Below are positions 27,760 through 40,684 of a DNA stretch of 64,000 nucleotides, piece by piece. The notes under the pieces are model-generated. The model searched no databases and was not told the origin of the DNA. It saw only the letters and a list, made by a program, of their open reading frames with translations. The position numbers were made by a program, and so were the translations under genes. This DNA comes from Octopus sinensis (lineage: Eukaryota), in contig NC_043010.1 of NCBI RefSeq assembly GCF_006345805.1, positions 26,846,001-26,910,000 of the forward strand, written 5' to 3'. Numbering within the stretch: position 1 is the first letter of the stretch; the number at the start of each line of letters is the position of its first letter.

Positions 27760-28400
27760 CCCAAGTTTTAACATCAGCTCCTTCGAAATAGTCACACCTT
27801 GCACAGCAATACACTGGTCCCAGTGTTCCTGCCACTTTTGGAATCCAGCATGGAAGTCATTTTCCATAGGCAAGTTGTGGTCCTTCTGTGATACACTCCT
27901 GATCTCAACAATGATGTTAAAACGGTGACCTCTGAGCTGCATTTTCATCTTGGAGAAGAGATGCAAATCCACAGTTGCTAGATGTGGTGAATAGGGTGGG
28001 TACGGAAGTGATACCATGTTGTTTTTGGTGAGAAACTCACAAGTGAGGAGAGCTTGGTGAAGAACCTAATTCTTTGCACTCTACAGTTCTGGTCGCTTTC
28101 ACCAAATGTCCTCCCTCAAACATTTCAAAATGTCGCAGAACTCTCGATTGATGGTCTGGCCCTGGGGGAGGAATTCTCGATACACAATATCACATCTCCT
28201 GGGATGACGCCAATGGCAGGTCTTCCAGATTGCTAACCGTCTTGCAGGAATGTTCCTCTGCTTTTGAAGCACCTGTGCCACTTGAAACATTATGTACAAC
28301 CCATTGCCTCATCACCATAAGGTTGCTGAAGCATGCTCATTGTCTCTGTAGCAGATTTCCAAAGTTTAACACAGTTAATATTCCAAATGCCAGCTTAATA
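27760..28400 (-). mobile_element. mariner transposase remnant
   Basis: PYPPYSPHLATVDLHLFSKMK (YSPDL motif) and IVYREFLPQGQTINREF. Confidence 0.85.
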
Positions 28401-28811
28401 ACAACAGTTACTTTATACTAAATTCTTTCTTAACTTTCAAAATGGATTGAAATAAGGACAATGTATTTCAACAGAATTATGATATCAAAGAAGTTATTTT
28501 TACTAAATTCTTACTCTTTTACTTGTTTCAGTCATTTGACTGTGGCCATGCTGGAGTACCGCCTTTAGTCGAGCAAATCATCCCCCAGGACTTATTCTTT
28601 GTAAGCCTTGTACCTATTCTATCAGTCTCTTTTTCCGAACCGCTAAGTTACGGGGATGTAAACATACCACCATCGGTTGTCAGGCGATGTTGGGGGGACA
28701 AACACAGATGCACAAACATACACACACACACATACACACATATACTATAGCCTTGGGTTGACCAAAGCCTTGTGAGTGGATTTGGTAGACGGAAACTGAT
28801 AGAAGCCCATC

Positions 28812-28857
<46 letters not shown>

Positions 28858-29396
28858 CAGAAGATACTTGCCCAAAGTGCTATGCAGTGGGACTGAACCC
28901 AGAACCATGTGGCTGGTAAGCAAGCTACTTACCACACAGACACTCCTATGCCTATTCATTAATTGTTAAATAAATTGAAACAAAAAACCATTTTTATTAC
29001 CATGTTTCTAAGGAAATTCATTAGAAACATGGTAACTAAAAGAGTTGTTTTACTAAATTCTTCATTATTTTCAAAATTAATTGAAACAAATCTAATGAAA
29101 AAGCATTCGTTATTGTAATTCTGTTAAAATACACTACGTTTGTCTCAATTAATTTCAAAAATAATGAAGAATTAAATAAAATAATTTTGTTATTATTAAG
29201 TGGGTGTTTGGGACATAAGTTTACATGGAATTTTGACAGAAGGTTTTAATTTACATCACTTTTAACCTGGAAATTTGTATTATACAGCCAAGGTTGGACT
29301 CAGATTCATTGATATTGAACGGGACAATCAATCAATTTAATTATTTATTTATTTATTTATTCTTTCTTTCATTCTTATTTTTCCTCCCTTTTACAG

Positions 29397-29538
29397 ATAG
29401 AAGACACAACTTACATCCGTATTTTTAAGGAGTGTATGTGTGGCTGTATTCGATACTGGAATATGATAAATCTTATCTTGGAAAGCCTCTTCACCCTCAG
29501 CATTGAATTAAGCCAAATAGAAGAAAATATTTTCATAA
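29397..29538 (+). CDS. Coding exon a of a CFAP99-like gene
   Basis: Strong acceptor (ttcttattttcctcccttttacag) and donor (A|gtaagt). 142 nt, open: IEDTTYIRIFKECMCGCIRYWNMINLILESLFTLSIELSQIEENIFI. Phase 0 in, phase 1 out. Resembles the recalled CFAP99 N-terminal segment F-x-x-E-V-F-S-G-C-x-R-Y. Confidence 0.8.
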
Positions 29539-29854
29539 GTAAGTCCACTTTTTTTTCCTTTCCCAAAGAAAAAAAAAGAAAATTGAAAGAAAATTCAATG
29601 TGGTGCCCCCCCCCCCATCCGCATCCCAAATGTATCCATACTTTAACAGTTACTCTTTACTCTTTTACTTGTGTCAGCTATTTGACTGTGGTCATGCTGG
29701 AGCACTGTCTTTAGTCAAGCTAATCAACCCCAGTACTTATTCTATCGGTTTCTTTTTGCCGAGCCGCTAAGTTACGGGGACGTAAACACACCAGCATTGG
29801 TTGTCAGGCGATGTTGGGGGGACAAACACAGACACACGTACATATATATATATG

Positions 29855-29907
<53 letters not shown>

Positions 29908-30135
29908 TGTATATATATACATACATATATACGACGGGCTTCTTTTCAGTTTCTGTCTACCAAATCCACTCACAAGGCTTTGGTCGGCCTGAGGTTATAG
30001 TAGAAGACACTTGCCCGAGGTGCCATGCAGTGGGACTGAACCTGGAACCATGTGGTTGGTAAGCAAGCTACTTACCACACAGCCACCCCTATGCCTTAAT
30101 TTTCATTTCTTTTAAGATTAAAACCATCAGAAACA

Positions 30136-30345
30136 ATGAAAGGAGACAGACTAAGCTTTGAACGAAGGAAATTTATCCTAAAGTGCTACAGGAAGTTTGA
30201 AAAATGTTGTTAAAGTGCAAAGGCAGTTTAGGAGAGAGTTTCAAACAAATTCACCGAAACGACTTACCATCACTGGAATTAGAGATAAGTCTGAAGCACA
30301 TGGAACTGTTCAGAATGTCTACAATAAACATTCTGGAAGACTATG
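30136..30345 (+). pseudogene. Tc1/mariner (DUF4817-type HTH) transposase N-terminal remnant
   Basis: MKGDRLSFERRKFILKCYRKFENVVKVQRQFRREF..RLTITGIRDKSEAHGTV...SGR. Confidence 0.75.
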
Positions 30346-30392
30346 AATGTTGATGATGTCCACAAAGCAAAAAAGTCTTACAAGAAATGTTT

Positions 30393-30721
30393 CACATTAT
30401 TTACATTATTTACATTTGACGATATTTGTCCTCATCTTGTTTGTTGTTAAAACAACCTTTTGGCTGATACACCCTCCAGCCTTCATCAGATGTCTTGGGG
30501 AAATTTTGAGCCTGGGTTCTCATTCCTAAGGTATCTTTCGATGTTGTTGTTGTTACTACTACTACTACTACTATTCAGGTCACTGCCTAGAATTGAACTT
30601 GGAATCTTGCAGTCAGTAGCCTATGCTCTTAACCACCACGCCATATGCTTGTAGATGAGAACAAATATCCATCAAATGTAAATAATATACATAATTCCTC
30701 ACCTCTTAAATATAGAACTGT
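30393..30721 (-). mobile_element. tRNA-headed, hammerhead-containing element, copy 2
   Basis: 11-bp TSD AAGAAATGTTT at 30382-30392 and 30722-30732. On minus: A box TGGCGTGGTGG, B box GTTCAATTC (30573-30650), triplet linker, degenerate HHR (30450-30493). Inverted tail copy at about 30655-30721. Confidence 0.8.
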
Positions 30722-31415
30722 AAGAAATGTTTTGTCAGACTTCAACTAAATCTATACAGCAAAGTGAGTCATGAGATAAGAATTTCAAAATCAAGATGAG
30801 AATTTTTTGAAGTACTCTTATGGGAAAGGTTTGATCGCCATAGAGGCCACTCCGTACACAACTCCTCTATCATCTTTTCAACTCTATCTCTTCCTTTTCC
30901 TCAACCCTGTCACTAATTTCTTACCACTTCTCTCTTCCTTACCACACTCACCATTCTCCCCTCTTACCATCTCTCATCTCTCTGCCTACAATCATCACCC
31001 ATTCTCTGCTCTGATCTCCTTCAGCTATTGGGACCTCTTTTCTTTTAGGCCCTTAGCCTTGCGAGTTATGTGGTGATCCTAACTAGTTCTAGTGGTATGG
31101 AAACAAGTACCCAGTACATTCTGTAAAGTATTGGGCATTTGGAAATGTTCACTTTCTACACAACTCTAGACATTAATTCTCTGTGACATAATACAATAAA
31201 GTGTTCCCTGATTATCCATTGAGGTTAAACATCTAATTGGAGAACTTGGAATATCCAATGTAGAATTCCAAATATAGAAGTTACTTCTATGCTGAAGTTC
31301 TTTGTCTATCTCCTTAACTTCTCGGAAATTTTAGGTATAATTATATTAATGTGTCCATCTTTTGGAGTCTGACAAAACATTTGTGTCCATCTTTTGAAGT
31401 CTGACAAAACATTTG

Positions 31416-32415
31416 ATGCTCAGAGAGTGTCACCACTAGAAAACGAATAGCCTGGGCAAAGTTTAGAAAGCTCCTACCCCTACTGGCAACAAAGGGTCTC
31501 TCACTCAAAGTGAAAGGTAGATTGTATGATGCATGTGTGCGAACTGCCATACTTCACGGTAGTGAAACATGGGCCGTGACTGCAGAGGACATGCGTAGAC
31601 TTGAAAGAAATGAAGCTAGCATGATCCGCTGGATGTGTAATGTCAGTGTGAATGCACGACAGAGGGTAAGCACCCTGAGAGAAATGCTGGACATAAGAAG
31701 CATCAGATGTGGTGTGCAAGAGCGACGCTTGCGATGGTATGGTCATGTACTGTGGATGGATGAGGAGAGATGTGTGAAGAAGTGCCGCTCCCAAACAGTT
31801 GAAGGAATCAGGGGGAGCGGTAGACCCAGGAAGACATGGGATGAGGTAGTCAAGCATGACTTCAGAGCATTGGGCCTCACTGAGGCAATGGCGAAGGACC
31901 GAGATCTCTGGAGATGTGCTGTAAATGCAAAGACCCGGGATACTTCCAGCACCAGTTCTGCATAGCCCCTGCCCATTCAAAGTACCTTGGATCCCAGAAC
32001 ATCTCGCTGTGCTTGAGGAGACCTGTTGAGTCAAGTGCATGTACATGAACATCGAAACAAATATTAATGGAAATAGCAGTTGTGATACCTGTGCCGGTGG
32101 CACATAAAAAGCACCATCCGAACGTGGCCATTGCCAGCGCCACCTCGACTAGCTTCTGTGCCGGTGGCACGTTAAAAGCACTAACTGATCGTGGGCGATG
32201 CCAGATCCCCCTGGCACCTGTGCAGGTGGCACGTAAAAAGCACCCACTACACTCATGGAGTGGTTGGCGTTAGGAAGGGCATCCAGCTGTATAAACACTG
32301 CCAGATCAGACTGGAGCCTGGTGCAGCCCCTGGCTTCCCAGACCCCGGTCGAACCATCCAACCCGTGCTAGCGCGGAAAACGGACGTTAAACGATGATAA
32401 TGATGATGATGATGA
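31416..32415 (+). mobile_element. RTE-clade LINE 3' fragment
   Basis: KGRLYDACVRTAILHGSETW..RLRWYGHV..GRPRKTWDEVV..DRDLWR, then UTR and (GAT)n tail. Confidence 0.92.
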
Positions 32416-32961
32416 TCTGTTCTAATTTAATTGAATTCTGTCTTTGTGCAGCTGAAGATTGCTCTACATTTTAAATTGATGTAATGATTGCATTGTTGAA
32501 TTAAATGGAGTCGCATGAAACAGGATATCCTTGTTGCTTATTTTGATACATACATACATACATACATACATACATACATACATACATGCATGCATGCATG
32601 CATGCATGCATGCAGGCATGCATGCATACATACATACATATATATGTATGTATAATGTGATTTTTCTTTCCAATTTCAGCCAACATCTACATCTATTTTC
32701 TACTGGTTCTCATGTATGCCTGGACTCTCCAGTATTTTGGCCACCATTTTTTTTTCAACCATGCACACACACTTACATCACACCTGTTTCTTTTACTTTT
32801 CACTTACATCTTTCATTTTTTTTTTTCTTTAGTTATTTTGGCAGACTTTCCCCAATATCTTACATCAATAGATCATCCTCTCTTTTCTTTATCAGCATCT
32901 CTTCACCCTCCCATCAGCATCTCTTTCAAATATCTACCAATATTTCTCTCTTTCTTTTCAG

Positions 32962-33056
32962 TTCTCACCTATATCTACATCTTCAAACTGAAGCAATTTA
33001 CCCTGACCTTTTTTCTGGAAATATTGGACAGTTTAGATCCAATCCATGTCAGCAAG
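32962..33056 (+). CDS. Coding exon b of a CFAP99-like gene
   Basis: Acceptor tttctctctttcttttcag, donor AAG|gtaagg. 95 nt, phase 1 in and phase 0 out: (I)LTYIYIFKLKQFTLTFFLEILDSLDPIHVSK. Joins exons a and c in frame and resembles the CFAP99 pattern VICYLxxFxL...SQDxxKMxK. Confidence 0.8.
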
Positions 33057-34739
33057 GTAAGGTCCCACAACTATTTCCTTTCGTTTGTTGCAGTCAGTTG
33101 GTGAAGAATGACAAGGGAGTGCCTGCAGCTCACTGAGGAAAAAATATTTCAGTGGACTTCATCTTTTCTCTTCTACTTTTTTCAGTCATTAGACTATGGC
33201 CATGCTGGAGCAATGCCTTGAAAAATTTTTAGCTGAATGAATCGACCCCAGTACTTATTCTTTTGGAAGCCTGCTCCTTATTCTATTGGTCTCCTTTGCC
33301 AAACTGCTAAGTTGTGGGGACATAAATACATTAACATCAGTTGTCAAGCAGTGGTGAGAGACATACATAAACACAAAGGTATACACACACACACACACAC
33401 TCACACATGCACATATACACATAAACACACACAAACACACATATACACTTGCATACACACACAATGGGTTTCTTTTAGTTTCTGTCTACTTAATCCACTC
33501 ACAGGGCTTATGTCGACCTAAGTATATAGTAGAGACACTTGCCCAAGGTATCAATGCAGTGGGACTGAACCCAGAACTATTTAGTTGAAAAGCAGACTTC
33601 ATACCACACAATCACTTGCTTCAAATGAGGCAAAAATGCAAACAAAAACAGTGCAGAAATGTTAAATATGTTTATATTATTCCAGCATGTGACACCATAG
33701 AATCTCTATGAAATGAAAGTCAGACATTCTCTATAAATGGTTCCACTTTCCTGTACAATAACAACAACAAATTTGGGAAGCTTTGAATACTGTCATGTGA
33801 CTGGAAAAGCCGAAACCAATCATTTGTTGAGAGGAAATTAGTTTTCTGTCTGTCTGAATAATCTAACGCCAGTATTGGTTGACCAATATTTCCTCTCCCC
33901 AGGAAATGAATATAACATCCTTTCTGGAAACAACATTCTCTGTTGTTGCTTGTTTTTCTCTTGTCTTTTTTTTTTGTTCTCTTTTCATTGGCTGACGATG
34001 TAAATATGTATGTATGTGTGTATATGTACTATATATATATTTATGCATGTATATATGCACATATATGTATCAATAGCATGAAACTATTAGTATCTCTTTT
34101 GGCTGTGCATTTAATTTTATATATATCATCATCCTCATCATCGTTTAACATCTGCTTTCCATACTAGCATGGGTTGGACGATTTGACTGAGGACTGGCAA
34201 ACCAGATGGCTGCACCAGGCTCCAATCTGATCTGGCAGAGTTTCTACAGCTGGATGCCCTTCCTAATGCCAACCATTTTAAGAGTGTAGTGGGTGCTTTT
34301 ACATGCCACCTGCACGAGGGCCAGTCAGGCAATACTGGCAACGGCTATGCTCAAATGGTGCTTTTTATGTGCCACGTGCACAGGATCCAGTCTCAACCTT
34401 GCTCGAATGTTTTTTCACGTGCCACCAGCACAAGTGCCAGTAAGGCAATGCAGGTAATGATCACACTTGAATGGTGTTTTTTACTTGCCACCAGCATGGG
34501 GGCCAGCTTGTTGCTCTGGCAACGAACACGCTCATATGGCACGATTAGCGCTCCACTAGCACAGATGCCAGTCATCGAATTTGATTTCGATTTCACTTGC
34601 CTCAACAGGTCTTCGCAAGCAGAGTTTAGTGTCCAATGAAGGAAAGGTATGCATAAGTGAGATGGTTACACTCCTGGCATAGGCCACGAGGTTATAGTCT
34701 CAAAGTCTAATGTCATCTTTGACATATATACACATGCAT

Positions 34740-35690
34740 TTGTGAGTGTGTGTGTGATGAATTTAGTGTACAAATAGGGGTTCATCAGAGCTCTTTCCTT
34801 AATCCGCTCCTATTCATCATATTACTCCAGGCCATAACAGAGGAATTCAAAACTGGAAGTCCATCAGAATTACTATATGCTGATGACCTTGCTCTTATTG
34901 CAGAATCCGTAGCAGAATTGGAGAAGAAATTCCAGGTATGGAAGCAAAACCTGGAATCAAAGAGCCTTAAAGTTAACCTAGTTAAGACTAAAGTTGCTAT
35001 TATCAAGAAAGCAGATAAGACTCTAATTCTGTCAGGTAAATGGCCCTGCTCAATTTGTAGGAAAGGAGTGACACATAAGAGATGCAATGGAATCACAGGT
35101 AGATTAACAGGTAAGGTTACCTTTGTGTGTGGCAGATGCGCAGGTACAATAAATACTAAGAGCACATGGGACTTTGACTCTCTCAAATGTCCAGGAAGCT
35201 CTCTTGGGGTAGTAGAAAGTTTCTGTTACCTAGGTGATCAAATTAGCAATGGGGTGGATGCTCTGAAAGTATTGTTTCTATAATACAAATAGGATGGAGA
35301 AAGTTCAGAGAGTTACTACCTGTGCTGGCAACAAATGGACTCTCTCTCTCTCTCTCAGAGTGAAAGGTAGATTGTATGAAGCTTGTGTATGAACAGCTAT
35401 ACTCCATGGTAATAAGACATGAGCTCTGAATGCAGAGGACATGTATAGACTACAGAGAAATGAAGGCACAAAGAGCAAATGTGCATGGTGGTTTGGACAT
35501 GTAATCTGTATGAATGAAGACAGCTGTATAAAGAAGTGGTGGTCACTTCTGTGGGAGAAGGAGACCTGGGAAGACTGGGATGAAGTGGTGAGGACCAATC
35601 TCTGGATGTTGGGGCTCACAAAGGAAATGTCAATGGCCCAAGATGTCTGGCAGTATGAGGTTCTAGTGAAGACCCACCCATGTCAGTGAA
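34740..35690 (+). mobile_element. RTE-clade LINE RT/thumb fragment
   Basis: GVHQSSFLNPLLF..LLYADDL..KVNLVKTKV, Cys-rich insert (CSICRKGV..HKRC..CGRC), and WFGHV at the end. Confidence 0.9.
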
Positions 35691-35789
35691 ACTGAGTTCT
35701 AGAAGCATTGTGTTCCACCCAAATGTAAGTGGTGGTAGTAGCGACAACGATGACGATGATGGGAAAAAGTTGGTATGCATTTGCTTAAT

Positions 35790-36140
35790 ATGAGTGGAAT
35801 GTTCTTTTCATTTCTTTCTTTGGATAAGTCGATTAAGGGATTTGCTTGAGATGTCCAGTTCATTGGAAGCCTTCTTTTTTGATTCCTTGGGGACTTGGAG
35901 TCAATCTTTGAGTCACAAGCATTTCATTGTCTTCAGTGGTAACATTGACCGGTCGACCACTTTTGTGTGCATTGCAGATTGACCCAGGCTACTCAGATTT
36001 GTAACATATTATGTAAACTGTTAATCTTGATAGAGCTGATCTTTGAAATTCTTCTGTCCATTTCTGTCTAGCCATTTCTGCATTTTCTGTTTTCCACTTT
36101 CTGTTTCATGATCCACTTTCATTCATTGTTGGTCAAATTT
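35790..36140 (-). pseudogene. Tc1/mariner (DUF4817-type HTH) transposase N-terminal remnant
   Basis: With stops: KWIMKQKVETENAEMARQKW..SRLTVYIICYK..GSICNAHKSGRPVNVTTEDNE..SPKESKKKASNELDIS. Confidence 0.75.
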
Positions 36141-36867
36141 CTAGCCAGATAATAAATACCTGAAATTAGGAATAATCCCTTTAGTGTAGACAGTATTGTC
36201 AGCTATTTAACCAACTGACTAATAAAAATGAAATTGAATCTGTGTGTGTGTGTCATTATTGGCATAATAAAGCGCCCAGGGCACAACAAAATTTGTTTCA
36301 ACGCATAAATTCACATCAAGGATCTTCTAAGCCAAATACAAAAACAAAATCATATAATTCTTACCCTGAAAAGGAAATAGAGAAATGAAAAGAACATTCC
36401 ACTTGTATTATGCAACTGTACACCTCTTTTCACCACCTCTCTATTATATTGCAACATAAGTGGTTTTGCTTTGTTGTCATTCAATGAGATCTTTGTCAGT
36501 TGTCTGTATTTATTAAATATGGTGATCATTAGTCACTGATAAGCATGTGCCTGATAAATTAAAATAGGTTACACCTGTGATTGATTCGGCTTGTATAACG
36601 CCCACATCATCATCATCTTAGTGTCTACTTGCATGTGTCAGGTGGAATTTGTTGTGGTTGATTTTCTACAGCTGGATGTCCTTCCTGTCTCTTACCTTCA
36701 CTAGTTTCCATGCAGGGTTATATGTACTCATAGTTGGACATTGTTTTCCACAGACACCACTTGTATGACAGTGATACTCATTTACAACCATGCTGTGATG
36801 TCAAGACAAGAAGACATACAAGCACACACGCATATACACATGCATGCATACATGTATGTGTGTATAA

Positions 36868-36914
<47 letters not shown>

Positions 36915-36915
<1 letters not shown>

Positions 36916-37330
36916 TAAATTTAAATAACTATGTTCTCTAACCAGCAAAATTCACTGCAGGGAATTATTTTCTGCAGAATTATTTCCGGTATTTTGGCAT
37001 GCCAAAACGAAGACTTTTGAAATATAACCCCAAATGTAATTGGTAGAACTATATACATGTTCAATCTCATGCGAACGTTCTGCATATTATATTTTGCTAT
37101 GACGATCACACTGATGAGTTGCGGACATTCTACGTAAGTGATTACGTAAGTGGTAGCAACGAAACTGGTTTGTGATTAATCTGTATATTTTGTATCTTTT
37201 CATTTGTCTTGCTTGCTTACATTCTGGCGTTTGCTAAATTTTGTTGAGATCATTCCTTTCTTAGTGGTAAGACCATAGGGGATTGACTTCTAGCAAATGG
37301 ATGTCCACTTAGTGGTCATCCCACTTATAT
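36915..37330 (+). mobile_element. Penelope-like terminal repeat remnant (solo)
   Basis: Contains the HHR. Its start (taaataactatgttctctaacc) resembles the minus strand of the 45775-46540 spacer, and its end (gtccactttagtggtca) resembles the end of the right arm of that repeat. Confidence 0.55.
37105..37176 (+). ncRNA. Minimal type I hammerhead ribozyme motif with intact core
   Basis: Stem I ATCACA/TGTGAT, core CTGATGA, stem II GTTGC/GCAAC, GAAA, minimal stem III C-TG-G, GUU cleavage triplet. Confidence 0.8.
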
Positions 37331-37371
37331 ATATGTAATATAATATATATATATATATATATATATAGATA

Positions 37372-38012
37372 CAGGTTGCAGTTGGGAAAATATTGCCATT
37401 TTATTCTTTTAATTTCGCACATGTGCATTATTTGTTTTTGATTTTGTCAACTACACAGTATGGTAGGGTCAGATGGGCACCGTCTGTAAAAAAAACAGCA
37501 CCATGACACAATTCACTTTGCCATAAATTTAGAAATTACATGCTGTACAGCTTGGCATTCTTACTGGAAGCTGCAATACAAACAGATAGTGAACGCACAG
37601 AACACCTGTAGACTTGCCATCTCCCCAAAACATGTACTGAGAGTGATAACCACATCACCCCTAACATTTGGCCACCTAACTCCCCAGACAGCAACCCCCT
37701 TGATTATTATGTGTGGGGCACAGTTGAGTGAGAGACAAAAAAAGACTCCTTGTTATATCAAAGATGAACTGAAGGCAAGGATTATGGCAGCATTCACCAA
37801 CTTAAACAAGGAGCCTGTCCAGAAGAGTTGCAGAAGATTCCAAAGTCATCTGGAAGCTGTGGTTGAAGCCAATAGTGATTTTATTGAATAAAATTACTCT
37901 TTAGTATTTCAAGATATTTTTATGTAATTTTGGTAAATATATCTGTTAAAATGAGATGTCAGTGTTATTTTCATTTTTGCGTGATTTAGACAATTTATTC
38001 AGCTCACCCTCG
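37372..38012 (+). mobile_element. Tc1/mariner remnant, same family as 54792-55674
   Basis: C-terminal transposase WPPNSPDSNPLDYYVWG...ELKARIMAAFTNLNKE...LEAVVEANSDFIE. Right TIR gacaatttattcagctcaccctcg|ta. Left end uncertain. Confidence 0.8.
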
Positions 38013-38549
38013 TATATAAAATATAAAATCTGCTTCAACCAATTCTATCTGACCCAGTCAACCATATATGTTTACCAGATCTTTCAGTTTTCATCTTCTG
38101 TATCCATTGACACAGCTTTGGTTGGCCCAGGGTTATAGTAAAAGATGCTCGCCCAAGATGCCATGCAGGCGACTGAACCCAGAGCCACATCGTTGGGAAA
38201 CAAGCTTGTTAACTACATAGACATGCCTTCACCTATATACAGAATGTTTGAGTGTGTGTATGCATGTATTTGTATGTGTGTGTGTGTATGTGTTTGTGTG
38301 TATGTATGTGTGTGTGCATGCACACTCACCTCAGCATCACATGACGATTGTAAATGTGTATCTGCATCCTACAAGCAATGATGTTCACTTCCAGTCTTCT
38401 GTGAACAACATGTCTGGTGACCCTGAAGGAAATATTAACCTTGCTTGGGAACAGGTGAGGGCTGGTGACAGGAAGGGCACCTGGCCACAGGAAACCTGCC
38501 TCGGTGAATTTCATCTGACTTATACAAGCATAGAAAAGTAGGCCTTAAA

Positions 38550-38717
38550 ATGATAATGACGGTGATGATGGTGATGATGATGAGGAGGATGATTATAATG
38601 ATGGTGATGATGACAATGATGATAATGATGATGACAGTGATGACGATGATGATTATAATGATGATGATAATGACAAAGATAATGAAGCCGACAATGATGA
38701 TGATGTTGATGATGACA

Positions 38718-38768
<51 letters not shown>

Positions 38769-38935
38769 ATGAGGATGAGGGTGATGGTGATGGTGATGGT
38801 GATGATGGTGATGATGGTGGTGGTGACGATGACGACGACGATGATGATGATAACAATGATGAAGATGATAATGATGATGGTGATGAAAACAATGATGATG
38901 AGGATGATGATGATGATTATCATGATTATAATGAT
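38550..38935. repeat. (GAT/GGT/GCT)n low-complexity tract
   Basis: Source of the spurious poly-Met and poly-Ile ORFs. Confidence 0.95.
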
Positions 38936-40684
38936 GGGCAGAAAAAAATATTGGATTATACGAACAACTAATCTATTAAACTTTAATCCCCCAATACCTC
39001 AACTTGATTTAGCAAAGTATAAAACATGTCAGATATTGGACAATGTTAATAAATGGAGATTCTGTTGGCCACAAATGGACCATATTCCTTCAAACTGTTT
39101 GCCATCACGAACAAGTTTTTATGGAATGACTTTTATGTTTTTGGAGAGACCATCCAAGAACTTTATGATATAATTTACTCCAATGCAAAAGCTATCAATC
39201 TGAGAGATGACATTTTGAAATTGGTCTTCAAATGGTTACCAAAGCTGAAGGAGGAATAATTCATTCTCAAGGATTCACTGACCATAAATAAAATCTTCCA
39301 AGTCTTGGAGGTTACTAAAAGATTCTTTAGTTATTTTTTTTATTTTTTGTTTTTTTTTCTTTATTTCTTCTATGTATAAGTGGCATTAGATGTTTTTTTT
39401 TAGTCTGTCATAGCTTTCATGTCAGACTTCACATGGTAGCTTAAATTGATTAAATCATCATCTTCATCATCATCGTCATTACCATCATCATCATCATCAT
39501 CATCGATAACGTCATTGTTTTCAATGTCATCATCACCAATACCATGTCATCATCATCACCATCATCATCGCTATCATCAACACCACTGATTTCATTATCA
39601 TCACCATCGTTATCATCACCATTCCGTTTTATGTCTGATTTCCATGATGACATGGCTACGCTGGTATCATGGGTTGGAGAACCATGTCTTCCTTCAAAGT
39701 TTTACATTTTTGGCCCGGTTTCTACAGAAGGAAGCCCTTTCTAACATCAATTCCTTTATAGAGTGTACTGGGTGCTTTTCTCCTAGCACCAGCACTACAA
39801 AGGTTGCCTTGCCATCAGCAAGCCCAATGTTGTTACTGTTTAAATTGATTATCAAACACTTAGACTGTATAGGGTACTTTTTTGTGGTACCACCACTTTT
39901 GGGAGTCACTTTGTAGCTTGCAAAGCAAAATAGAACACCTTGAGAGGAAAAAGAACAGATTTACTGTAAGAATATCGTAATGGAGAGGAGAGAGTAATAG
40001 AAGGAAGTGTGTTGGATGGGAGTAGAGACAGAGATGAAGGAAAGAGTAATGTCCAATGGATGTGTGAAGGAGAGATAAGAGAGGTCAAAGTGATAATGAT
40101 AATGGAGTGGGTTGAGGAGGAGGACCCACTGATGAGATGGGGCAGTTTCATGGCAAATACTGGTGTCGTGTAACTGGTACCTGTAGCAGTGGCATGTAAA
40201 AGCACCCATTATACTCTCGGAGTGGTTCGCGTTAGAAAGGGCATCCAGCTATAGAAAACCATGCCAAAATAGACTGGTGTCTGGTGCAGCCCCTCAGCTC
40301 ACCAGCCCTGGTCTATCCATCCAACCCATGCCAGCATGGACAACAGATGTTAAATGATGATGATGATGATGAGATTAGATCAGTAGCTCTCAACCAGGGT
40401 CACATGACCCTTGGGGTTCCATATAAGATTTTCAATTTCTGTCTCCCAAATCCATTTATGAAGCACTTTTACCCCAAGCCTGTAGTCGAAGACAGTTGCC
40501 CAAGGTTACACGCAATGGAACTGAACCCACAATCATGTGGATGGGAAGCAAACTTCTCACTGACAAAGCCACACCTGTACCTATAAGTTTATATAATTAC
40601 AAAGAATGAAGGCCAAAAAATTGCTTAAAGGCAAACATTAAACAAACAATCTGACGTCAAAACTGAAATACGAAAATTGACAAC

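Noticed and set aside
30573-30650. Bona fide tRNA gene
   Set aside because: A and B boxes are present but the acceptor stem does not close. It is a SINE head, as are the other tRNA-like heads in the window.
38435-39173. Long poly-Met, poly-Ile and poly-Ser ORFs
   Set aside because: They are translations of a (GAT)n microsatellite with no splice or homology support. The same applies to ORFs at 11044-11622, 13095-13695, 44241-44583 and 53148-53684.
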